Positions 1 to 7,784 of a stretch of DNA of 64,000 bases are shown in pieces (position 1 is the stretch's first letter; each line of letters starts with the position of its first letter). Source of the DNA: Myxococcota bacterium (GTDB lineage Bacteria; Myxococcota_A; UBA9160; UBA6930); the NCBI GenBank assembly GCA_965223415.1, contig OZ245002.1:1536001-1600000 (forward strand), written 5' to 3'. Both the position numbers and the translations under genes were made by a program. The notes beneath the pieces are model-generated. The model searched no databases. It was not told where the DNA came from and saw nothing but the letters and a program-made list of their open reading frames with translations.

Positions 1-1
1 C

Positions 2-820
2 GCCTTCCTGGAGCCACGGCTGCTTCCCGGTGTCGAGAGCATCGAGGGGACGACCTTCCGCCGCGTGGTCCCGGGCGGTGACGAGCCGGCCTGGCTCGAG
101 GTCTCGCCGCTCCCGGACGGGGGCGCGCTCCGCCTGCGCACGTCCGGGATCCCGCCCGCGCGGCTCGGGGAGGTGGTCGAGCGGGTGCGCCGCGTGTTCG
201 ACCTGGCAGCGGATCCCCACGCGGTCGCTTCGGACCTGGGCGCGGATCCGCGGCTCGGACCGGTGGTGGCGGCCCGGCCGGGCCTGCGGGTGCCCGGCGC
301 GTTCGAGCCCTTCGAGATGGCGGTGCGTGTCGTCCTGGGTCAGCAGGTCTCGGTGAAGGGCGCGACGACCCTGGCCGGACGGCTGATCCGCGCCGCCGGC
401 AAGCCGGCCGCGGGCCTGCCCCACGGTCTCGCCTTCCTCTTTCCCACACCGGAGGCCCTCGCCCGGGCCGACCTCACCGGCATCGGCATGCCCGGCGGGC
501 GGGCCCGGGCCGTGGGCGCGCTGGCCGCCGCCGTGGCCGAGGGCCGTGTGCGCCTGGGGGGGGAGGACGAGTCCGAGGCAGTGCAGACCGCCCTCTGCGA
601 GCTCCCGGGCATCGGCCCCTGGACGGCCCAGGTGATCGCGCTGCGCGCCCTCGGCGATCCGGACGTGTTTCCGGCCGGCGATCTGGGGCTGCGAAAGGCC
701 CTGGGGCGGCGCGGCAGGCTCGCCGGCGAGCGCGAAGCGGAGGCCCGGGCCCGGGCGTGGAGGCCCTGGCGCGCCTACGCCGCGCTCTGGCTGTGGGCCG
801 AGTTAGCATCGAGCGCATGA
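2..820 (+). CDS. alkA: DNA-3-methyladenine glycosylase II (AlkA/Ada family), 5'-truncated by the window edge
   Basis: Frame is open from base 2. Motifs RPGLRVPGAFEPFEMAVRVVLGQQVSV, HhH LPGIGPWTA, DVFPAGDLGL and WRPWRAYA. Confidence 0.92.
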   Translation, partial: AFLEPRLLPGVESIEGTTFRRVVPGGDEPAWLEVSPLPDGGALRLRTSGIPPARLGEVVERVRRVFDLAADPHAVASDLGADPRLGPVVAARPGLRVPGAFEPFEMAVRVVLGQQVSVKGATTLAGRLIRAAGKPAAGLPHGLAFLFPTPEALARADLTGIGMPGGRARAVGALAAAVAEGRVRLGGEDESEAVQTALCELPGIGPWTAQVIALRALGDPDVFPAGDLGLRKALGRRGRLAGEREAEARARAWRPWRAYAALWLWAELASSA

Positions 821-1608
821 CGTACACGACGCTCGACTTGCAGCGAGACGGCTCCGTCGTCTGGTGCACCTTGAACCGTCCCGAAGCGTTGAACGCGCTC
901 AACCCGACCCTGGTCGACGAGCTGCACGCCTTCTACGACGAGCTGAAGGAGGATCCCTCGGTTCGCGTGGTGGTGCTGCGCGGCGCCGGGCGCGGCTTCT
1001 GCGCCGGCCTCGACCTGAAGGAGCCGGGCTCGGGGGACGGCAGCGTCGGGTCGTCCCTGCGCGGGCAGCACCACATCGCGGAGCTGTCCCTCAAGATGCG
1101 CCGGCTGCCCCAGGTGTTCGTCGCCTGCGTCCACGGCCCGGCCTGCGGCGGCGGCTTCATGCTGGCGCTCGCGTCGGACCTGCGCCTCGCCGGCACGTCC
1201 GCGCGCATGAACGCCGCCTTCATCCGGATCGGCCTCTCGGGCTGCGACGTGGGCGTGAGCTACCTGCTGCCGCGGCTCGTCGGCGCCTCGGTGGCGGCCG
1301 AGCTGATCCTCACCGGTCGCTTCGTCGATGCGGAGCGCGCGCGGGAGCTGGGCCTGGTGTCCTGCGTCGTGCCCGACGACGAGCTGGAGGACGAGGCCCG
1401 CGCGCTCGTCGCCGACCTGCTGCGCACCTCGCCCCTCGGCCTGCGCCTCTCGAAGGAAGCCCTGAACGCGAGCCTCGATATGAACAGCATGGACGCCGTC
1501 GTCGCCATGGAGGACCGCAACCAGGTCCTGTGCGCCCGCACCCGCGACTTCCAGGAAGGCATCCGCGCCTTCCTGGAGAAACGCGACCCGAAGTTCCAGG
1601 ACGCGTAG
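817..1608 (+). CDS. Enoyl-CoA hydratase/isomerase (crotonase) family
   Basis: TLNRPEALNAL, FCAGLDLKE, GPACGGGFMLALASDLR, EGIRAFLEKRDPKF. ATGA overlap with the alkA stop. Confidence 0.93.
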   Translation: MTYTTLDLQRDGSVVWCTLNRPEALNALNPTLVDELHAFYDELKEDPSVRVVVLRGAGRGFCAGLDLKEPGSGDGSVGSSLRGQHHIAELSLKMRRLPQVFVACVHGPACGGGFMLALASDLRLAGTSARMNAAFIRIGLSGCDVGVSYLLPRLVGASVAAELILTGRFVDAERARELGLVSCVVPDDELEDEARALVADLLRTSPLGLRLSKEALNASLDMNSMDAVVAMEDRNQVLCARTRDFQEGIRAFLEKRDPKFQDA

Positions 1609-1704
1609 TGAGACAAGGGGACGTTCCTGTCTGTCTCACTCCCAACAGGTCGCCCAAGGCCCATGTCGAGAAGTGAGACAGACAGGAACGTCCCCTTGTC
1701 TCAC
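1608..1704. repeat. Perfect 33-bp inverted repeat (REP/REPIN-like) with 31-bp spacer
   Basis: 1608-1640 GTGAGACAAGGGGACGTTCCTGTCTGTCTCACT is the exact reverse complement of 1672-1704. Each arm is itself bounded by GTGAGACA/TGTCTCAC. Confidence 0.9.
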
Positions 1705-1741
1705 GCTCATCTCGAGGGGTCGGGCGGCCGATGGGGACTGC

Positions 1742-1897
1742 ATGCGCTTCGTCGTCTCGGTGGCCCTCGCCCTGTGGATCTTGATCGGTACGGGCGTCCT
1801 GCTCTCCCGCGGTGACGGCGCCGGCCTCGAGGCCGCCTGGCCCGGGATCAGCGCCAGGCTCGGCCTGTTCGAGCGCCCGGCCTCCGAGGGGCCCTAG
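1742..1897 (+). CDS. Small hypothetical membrane protein (51 aa)
   Basis: ATG preceded by GGGGA; hydrophobic N-terminus FVVSVALALWILIGTGVLL; fills the gap before murA. Confidence 0.5.
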   Translation: MRFVVSVALALWILIGTGVLLSRGDGAGLEAAWPGISARLGLFERPASEGP

Positions 1898-1922
1898 CCC
1901 CGCCGTCCGCTAGCCTCAGCTC

Positions 1923-3218
1923 GTGCAGCAGAGTGGGGATTGCTTCGTCGTCGAGGGGGGAAAGCCGGTCTGCGGCCGCCTGCTCCCGGCCGGCAACAAG
2001 AACGAGGCGCTTCCGGTGCTGGCGGCGGCGCTGCTCGCCCCGGGGCCGTCCCGGCTCGCGAACGTGCCCGAGATCCGCGACGTCGGCACCCTGCTGCGCA
2101 TCCTGGCCGAGATGGGTGTGGTCACCTCCCGGGACGCGGCGTCCGACGAGCTCCGGATCGACACGGCGAACCTGGAGGGTGGCGCCCCCAGCGCGGAGCT
2201 GGGCCGGGCCATCCGCGGCTCCTTCCTGCTGGCGCCGGGGCTGCTCCATCGCACGGGCCAGGCGGCGCTGCCCCGGCCGGGAGGCGATCGCATCGGCCGC
2301 CGGCGGATCGACACCCACCTCCACGCCCTGCGGCTACTCGGGGCGGAGGTCGAGACCCGGGAGCGCCAGATCCACCTGAGCCTCACCGGGCGCTTCCGTG
2401 GCACGGACATCTTCTTCGACGAGGCCAGCGTGATGGCCACCGAGAACGCGGTGATGGCGGCTACCGTCGCCGAGGGCACGACCCGCATCGCCAACGCGGC
2501 CTCGGAGCCCCACGTCCAGGGCCTGTGCCGCTACCTGAACGCGATGGGCGCCCGCATCCGCGGCGTCGGCACCAACATGCTCGAGATCGAGGGCGTGCCC
2601 GAGCTCTCGCCTGCGGTGCACCGGATCGGCCCGGACCACATCGAGATCGGCTCGTTCCTCGCCATCGCCGCGATGACCGGCGGCGCGCTCGAGGTGGCCG
2701 ACGTCGTTCCCGACGACCTGCGCATGATCCTGATGGTGTTCGCCCGGCTGGGCGTCGAGGCGCGCCTCGAGGGCACCACCCTGCACGTCCCCGCCAAGCA
2801 GGAGCTCGTGATCCAGGACGACATGGACGGCGCCATCCCCAAGGTGGACGACGCCCCCTGGCCCGGCTTCCCGACCGACCTCTCCTCCATCGCCCTGGTG
2901 CTGGCCACCCAGGCCGCCGGCACCGTGCTGATCCACGAGAAGATGTTCGAGAACCGCCTGTTCTTCGTGGACCGGCTGATCGCGATGGGCGCCCGGGTGG
3001 TGCTGTGCGATCCCCACCGGGCCGTGGTCACCGGCCCCACCCGCCTGCAGGGGGAGACCATCACCTCCCCGGACATCCGTGCGGGAATGGCCCTGATTGC
3101 CGCCGCCCTGTGCGCCGAAGGCCGCTCGGTAATCATGAATGCCCACCAGATCGACCGCGGCTACGAGCGCATCGACGACCGGCTGCGGGCCCTCGGCGCC
3201 CACATCCACCGCACCTGA
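1923..3218 (+). CDS. murA: UDP-N-acetylglucosamine 1-carboxyvinyltransferase (Asp-type)
   Basis: [60 protein letters not shown]. Confidence 0.96.
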   Translation: MQQSGDCFVVEGGKPVCGRLLPAGNKNEALPVLAAALLAPGPSRLANVPEIRDVGTLLRILAEMGVVTSRDAASDELRIDTANLEGGAPSAELGRAIRGSFLLAPGLLHRTGQAALPRPGGDRIGRRRIDTHLHALRLLGAEVETRERQIHLSLTGRFRGTDIFFDEASVMATENAVMAATVAEGTTRIANAASEPHVQGLCRYLNAMGARIRGVGTNMLEIEGVPELSPAVHRIGPDHIEIGSFLAIAAMTGGALEVADVVPDDLRMILMVFARLGVEARLEGTTLHVPAKQELVIQDDMDGAIPKVDDAPWPGFPTDLSSIALVLATQAAGTVLIHEKMFENRLFFVDRLIAMGARVVLCDPHRAVVTGPTRLQGETITSPDIRAGMALIAAALCAEGRSVIMNAHQIDRGYERIDDRLRALGAHIHRT

Positions 3219-3289
3219 TCCGGGTCGGGGGGCGGCACCCCCCGAATGGGTGAGGCAAGCTCTCCGCGAACCGGGGGGAGCGCGGGCGG

Positions 3290-3988
3290 ATGACGCGGAA
3301 CGAAGAGCGGCGCCGGATGCTGTCCAAGCTGGAGATCTTCTCCCAGCTCGGCGACCGGGAGCTCGAGGAGCTGATCGAGGTCGCCCGCGTCGAGAACGTC
3401 CCGGCCCGCGCCGAGATCTTCCACAAGGGGGACGAGGCCCAGACCCTGTTCGTGATCCTCTCGGGCCGCCTCAAGGTCACCGCAACCTCGGCGGAGGGCG
3501 AAGAGGTGATCCTCTCGATCATGGAGCCCCACGAGACGATCGGCGAGGTGGCGCTCTTCGCCAGCTCGCCGCGCACGGGTACGGTCACCGCCCTCGAGCC
3601 CTGCGAGCTCCTGGTCCTCCACAGGCGGGACCTGATGCGTTTCCTGAAGGCGCGTCCGGAGGTGACGCTCCACGTGCTCGAGATCCTCGCCGGGCGGCTC
3701 CTGCGTCTGAGCGAACGCGTGGAAGATACCCGCTTCCTCAACCTGCCGGGCCGCCTCGCCAAGCAGCTGCTCCGACTCGCGGGTCGCTTCTCGCGTCCGG
3801 CGGAGACCGGTGTGGTCATCGACCTGCGGCTCTCCCAGACGGACCTGGCGGAGATGGCGGGCGCCACCCGCGAGGCCGTCAACAAGCAGATGCAGGCCTG
3901 GAAGCAGGAGGGCATCGTCCACCACAAGAAGGGCCAGGTGACGATCCTGGATCCGGATCGCCTCCGGGGCGAGGCAGGCGAACGTTAG
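3290..3988 (+). CDS. CRP/FNR family transcriptional regulator
   Basis: cNMP-binding domain (IFHKGD, GEVALF, PRTGTV) plus HTH LSQTDLAEMAGATREAVNK. Confidence 0.93.
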   Translation: MTRNEERRRMLSKLEIFSQLGDRELEELIEVARVENVPARAEIFHKGDEAQTLFVILSGRLKVTATSAEGEEVILSIMEPHETIGEVALFASSPRTGTVTALEPCELLVLHRRDLMRFLKARPEVTLHVLEILAGRLLRLSERVEDTRFLNLPGRLAKQLLRLAGRFSRPAETGVVIDLRLSQTDLAEMAGATREAVNKQMQAWKQEGIVHHKKGQVTILDPDRLRGEAGER

Positions 3989-4635
3989 GCGTCTCCCTCC
4001 GGCGTGCCCCAGCGGTTCCAGTAGGTGACCTCCCGCGCCGGGCGCCGCGTGGCCGGGCGCAGGCGGGCATCGGCCATGTGGCCGATGGGGAGCAGCACCG
4101 TCTGGGTGACACCTTCCGGGATGCCGAGGGCCCGGGCCGCCTCCTCCTCGTGCACGAGATGGAGCGTCGTCCACGTGCTGCCGACGCCCCGCGCGCGCAG
4201 GGCCACCATCAGCGACCACGCGGCGGGCAGGACCGAGCCGTAGAACGCCACCCGCATGGCGTTCGTGTCCACCAGCGGTCCACCCTCGGCGCACACCAGG
4301 ATGAGGGCCGGGGTGTCCTCGAGGCGATCGGCGAGCTCGCGGGCGCGCGGCTTGGGCCCGTCGGCGCCGGGTCGGAGCGCCGCGTAGCGGTCCATCGCCC
4401 GCCGGTAGAGCTCGGCGAGCGCCGCCTTGGGCGCCGGCTGGTCGAGGACAAGAAAGCGCCAGGCCTCCTGGTTCGCGCCGGTCGGCGCCTGGACCGCCAC
4501 GTCGATGCAGGCCTCGATCAGGCCGCGATCGACCGGCCGGTCCCAGTGGAGCCGGCGCCGCACGCTGCGGGTGGTCGAGAGCGCCCACTCCACGGCGGCC
4601 GCGAAGCCCGGCGAGGTCTCGTCGATCTCCTGCAT
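3985..4635 (-). CDS. Nitroreductase family protein
   Basis: TTRSVRRRL, QAPTGANQEAWRF, GSVLPAAWSLMVALRARGVGS. Confidence 0.9.
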   Translation of the reverse strand: MQEIDETSPGFAAAVEWALSTTRSVRRRLHWDRPVDRGLIEACIDVAVQAPTGANQEAWRFLVLDQPAPKAALAELYRRAMDRYAALRPGADGPKPRARELADRLEDTPALILVCAEGGPLVDTNAMRVAFYGSVLPAAWSLMVALRARGVGSTWTTLHLVHEEEAARALGIPEGVTQTVLLPIGHMADARLRPATRRPAREVTYWNRWGTPEGDA

Positions 4636-4636
4636 A

Positions 4637-4750
4637 GCCCGGAGCCTACCGCGCCGATCTCACGGATCGCCCCGAGCCTACCGCGCCGATCTCGTGGATC
4701 GCCCGGAGCCTACCGCGCCGATCTCGTGGATCGCCCGGAGCCTACCGCGC
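4637..4750. repeat. Tandem repeat, 32-bp unit, about 3.6 copies
   Basis: Unit GCCCGGAGCCTACCGCGCCGATCTCGTGGATC at 4637, 4669, 4701 and partial at 4733; no spacers. Confidence 0.92.
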
Positions 4751-6007
4751 GCCGGGCGCGAGACCGCGGTGCAAGGCGACGAAGCCGAGGGTGGCGGTGG
4801 CGCTGATCACCGCGCACAGGGCCAGCACCCAGCCCCCGAGGCCACCCCAGCCGGCGAAGCCCAGGAAGAGCGCCATGCCGAGGAACGGCGCGTAGGCCCC
4901 CCGCAGACCCGTGAGGGTGGCGTGCAGCCCCATGTAGAGACCCGCCCGCTCCGGGTGGGCGAAGTCGTTGTGGCCGAGCTGCCAGGCCAGCATGCCCCCA
5001 CCGCGGGCCAGGCCCAGGAGCGCGCGACCCGCCCCGATCCAGGCGAGGGATCCGGTGATGGCGCCGACCGCGGTCAACGCCTGGGAGAGCGCCCACAGCC
5101 AGCTGTGCCGCGCCCGGAACTCGGCAATGTGGACCCGATCGACGTAGCCGGCCCAGAGCGGGATGGTCGCGACCGCGAGGGCGGTCGGCACGACGGTGAG
5201 GAGCGCGATGCTCGTCGTGTAGTCGGCGGCGAGCTGGCGCGAGACCACGTAGAGCACGATCGGCTCGGTCATCATGTTCGAGCTGCCGAGCAGGAACTGC
5301 CACGCCAGGTACCGGGCGTAGACGGGATCCGTGCGCAGGATGCGCAGCGCGGCCAGGGGCCCGCCGTCCTGGGCACGGCTCTCGGCGCCGATGGCCACCG
5401 CATCGCGAGCCTCCTCCCCGGCGAGGCGGACCCGGGCGAAGGCGAGGACGCCGGGGAGGACGAGGGCCGCGGCACCGGCATACACCCAGCGGAAGGCCTC
5501 GGGCTGGCGGTCGAGGAAGACCCCCCCGGCGAAGGCCGTGCTCATCAACACCAGGTTCGCGATCACCGTGAGACGCGAGGTCACCCGCGCCCGCACGTCG
5601 GCGGGGTAGTTCACGGTCCAGACGACGCTGCGCACGGTGACGACGCCGCCGATCACGAGACGGCTGGCCACCATCGCGCCGATCAGCAGCCAACCCCCCA
5701 GGCCGCCTTCGGGAAGCAGCGCGACGCAGGCGACGAGGAGCACCAGGACGAGGTGCATCACCACAAGCATCGGCACCTTGCGGCGCCGCTCGGCGATCCG
5801 CGCCCACAGGACGCTCGAGAGGTTGCCGAACATCGGCGCCGCGCTGATCAGCGCCAGTGCCGCTGGGTGGACGTGAAAGGCCTTGTCGGCGATGACGCCG
5901 ACGAAACCGCCCTCCATCAGGGAGAAGGAGATCGGCAGGAACAGCTGGGCCAGGCGCTCGTGGCGGTAGCTCTGGGCCGCAGCCTCCGAGAGGGGCGGGA
6001 GCGGCAC
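4742..6007 (-). CDS. MFS transporter
   Basis: About 12 hydrophobic segments, 421 aa, WARIAERRRK loop motif. Confidence 0.85.
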   Translation of the reverse strand: MPLPPLSEAAAQSYRHERLAQLFLPISFSLMEGGFVGVIADKAFHVHPAALALISAAPMFGNLSSVLWARIAERRRKVPMLVVMHLVLVLLVACVALLPEGGLGGWLLIGAMVASRLVIGGVVTVRSVVWTVNYPADVRARVTSRLTVIANLVLMSTAFAGGVFLDRQPEAFRWVYAGAAALVLPGVLAFARVRLAGEEARDAVAIGAESRAQDGGPLAALRILRTDPVYARYLAWQFLLGSSNMMTEPIVLYVVSRQLAADYTTSIALLTVVPTALAVATIPLWAGYVDRVHIAEFRARHSWLWALSQALTAVGAITGSLAWIGAGRALLGLARGGGMLAWQLGHNDFAHPERAGLYMGLHATLTGLRGAYAPFLGMALFLGFAGWGGLGGWVLALCAVISATATLGFVALHRGLAPGAR

Positions 6008-6013
6008 GGCGGC

Positions 6014-7231
6014 TCAGGCGAGCAGGCGGTGGGCCCGGCCGACCAGCTCCGGGACGGCGACACCGTGGGGGCAGGCTCCGGCGCAGGGCGCGCTGGAGCA
6101 GGAGAGGCAGGCAGCCGCGTTCCGGCCCACGCCGGCGTAGCTCTCGCGGCCCTGGTCGAGATCGCCGTAGTCCTGGGCGTACATGCGGCTGCGCAGCACC
6201 TGGGAGATCTCGACGCCGGCGGGGCAAGCGCTCTCGCAAACGTCGCAACCGTAGCGGCACTGGCTGCGTTCGGCGCGGCGGGCGTAGCGGGTGAGGAGGC
6301 CGGCGTCGGCGGAATGAGGCGCGTCCCAGCCGGACGCGGCCACGTACTCGTCGACCTCGGCGGGGGTTCGCATGGTGATGATCGCGGCGTCGACGATGGA
6401 ACTCGCCAGGGTCCAGCGGAGTGCGGCCTGGGCGAAGGTGGCACCGCCGCCCTCGTAGGGACGCATGTCGTTCAGCCGGGCGCCGCGCAGGGTCTTCATC
6501 GCGACGACGCCCACGCCCTTCTCCCTGGCGCGGGCGAGGACGCGGGGCAGGTCCGGCTGGACGGCGATGAAGTCGAAGCGCCCCGTGAACTTCTGCACGA
6601 AGGACGGATCCTGGCCGAAGTTGTAGCCGACGAGCACGACGTCGAGGTGATCCGTGTCGAGGGCGCGGTCGATGCACGGAACGAGGCGTCCGCCGTGGCC
6701 GGAGAGGCCGGTGAAGCGGATCTTGCCGTGCTGCTTCGCGCGGGTCGTGAACTCGAGCCACTCGTCGTTCTCGAGGCGGCGCAGGTCGTTGACGGCGTGC
6801 TGGAAGTAGACGTCGATGCGATCGGTGGCGAGGCGGGTGAGGCTGGCCTCGAGGCGGGCGAGGAGCTCGTGGCGGTCGTCGTCCCGGTCGTCCATGACCT
6901 TGCTCGCCAGGACGATGCGCTCACGATCGGCGCCGAGAGCCCGGCCGAGGGTTCGCTCCGCCTCGCCACGGGTGTAGCCCTCGGCGGTGTCGAAGTAGGT
7001 GACGCCGCGGTCGAGGGCGTGGCGCACCACCGCCTCGTCACCGGACAAGCGGCTCGAGCCGAAGCCGACGTCGCCGATCTCGAGGCCGGTGCGGCCGAGC
7101 CGCACGGTTCGGCGGATCGCCGGCTCGGGGGGGCGGGGCTCGCTCCCGGCGGCGGCCCAGGGTGCCAGGGAGAGGCCCGAAGCCAGGGCGGCGCCCCGCC
7201 GAAGGAGCTCGCGTCGGTCGATCTCCGCCAT
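6014..7231 (-). CDS. Aldo/keto reductase with Tat-like signal and C-terminal 4Fe-4S dicluster
   Basis: GGAGG RBS then MAEIDRRELL; LGRTGL, FDTAEGY, LASK; CRYGCDVCESACP and CLSCSSAPCAGACP. Confidence 0.9.
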   Translation of the reverse strand: MAEIDRRELLRRGAALASGLSLAPWAAAGSEPRPPEPAIRRTVRLGRTGLEIGDVGFGSSRLSGDEAVVRHALDRGVTYFDTAEGYTRGEAERTLGRALGADRERIVLASKVMDDRDDDRHELLARLEASLTRLATDRIDVYFQHAVNDLRRLENDEWLEFTTRAKQHGKIRFTGLSGHGGRLVPCIDRALDTDHLDVVLVGYNFGQDPSFVQKFTGRFDFIAVQPDLPRVLARAREKGVGVVAMKTLRGARLNDMRPYEGGGATFAQAALRWTLASSIVDAAIITMRTPAEVDEYVAASGWDAPHSADAGLLTRYARRAERSQCRYGCDVCESACPAGVEISQVLRSRMYAQDYGDLDQGRESYAGVGRNAAACLSCSSAPCAGACPHGVAVPELVGRAHRLLA

Positions 7232-7364
7232 CGCATGCCTCCCCGGGGATCCTAGCAGGAGCCGATTTCTCCTTGCGAATCGAAGACTTCGCAGATCCCG
7301 ACGGATGCGGCTCAAGTTGCCGGTCGGTGAGGTCGATTCCTGGGTACGCCCCCGGGAGAACGTC

Positions 7365-7709
7365 ATGGCCGCTTCTGCCTGGATCGTCCCCGGCCCCGAA
7401 ACCGCTTCCCGCGAGGAGCTCCCGCCGCCGCGGGCGCTTCCGGGCCGTCCGGGCCTGACGTGGGCGCTGCTGCTGGCCCCGTTCCCGGGCTTCGCCCTCG
7501 GCGTGGCCCTCGCCCTCGCCCAGGCACCACCCAGCACCGCGCCGGAGCTGCGCGCGAGCGCCCCGCCACCTGTGCCCGCACCCACCCTCCCCCCCGCGCC
7601 GCCCACCCGCTTCTGGAAGCCCGCCGGCTCCACGGCCGTCCCGCCGCCGACGCGCCTGACCCAGCGCCACTACCGCCCCGAGCTCCGCCTCGCCAGGCAA
7701 TCGAACTAG
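7365..7709 (+). CDS. Hypothetical Pro-rich protein with one TM segment
   Basis: GGGAG upstream of ATG; hydrophobic WALLLAPFPGFALGVALALA; fills an otherwise empty gap. Confidence 0.45.
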   Translation: MAASAWIVPGPETASREELPPPRALPGRPGLTWALLLAPFPGFALGVALALAQAPPSTAPELRASAPPPVPAPTLPPAPPTRFWKPAGSTAVPPPTRLTQRHYRPELRLARQSN

Positions 7710-7712
7710 GAA

Positions 7713-7782
7713 CGCAAGAGTGGGGACGTTCCTTGCAACTTGCGCATCTGCGCAAGTTGCAAGGAACGTCCCCACTCTTGCG
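7713..7782. repeat. Perfect 34-bp-arm palindrome (2-nt loop), REP-like; may act as a bidirectional terminator
   Basis: CGCAAGAGTGGGGACGTTCCTTGCAACTTGCGCA-TC-reverse complement; lies between convergent genes. Confidence 0.9.
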
Positions 7783-7784
7783 GT

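Noticed and set aside
4637..4750. Possible CRISPR array
   Set aside because: The units are directly adjacent with no unique spacers, and no cas genes were seen.
7274..7293. TGCGAA-N8-TTCGCA inverted repeat in a divergent promoter region
   Set aside because: It could be an operator, but 6-bp arms seen once are insufficient evidence.
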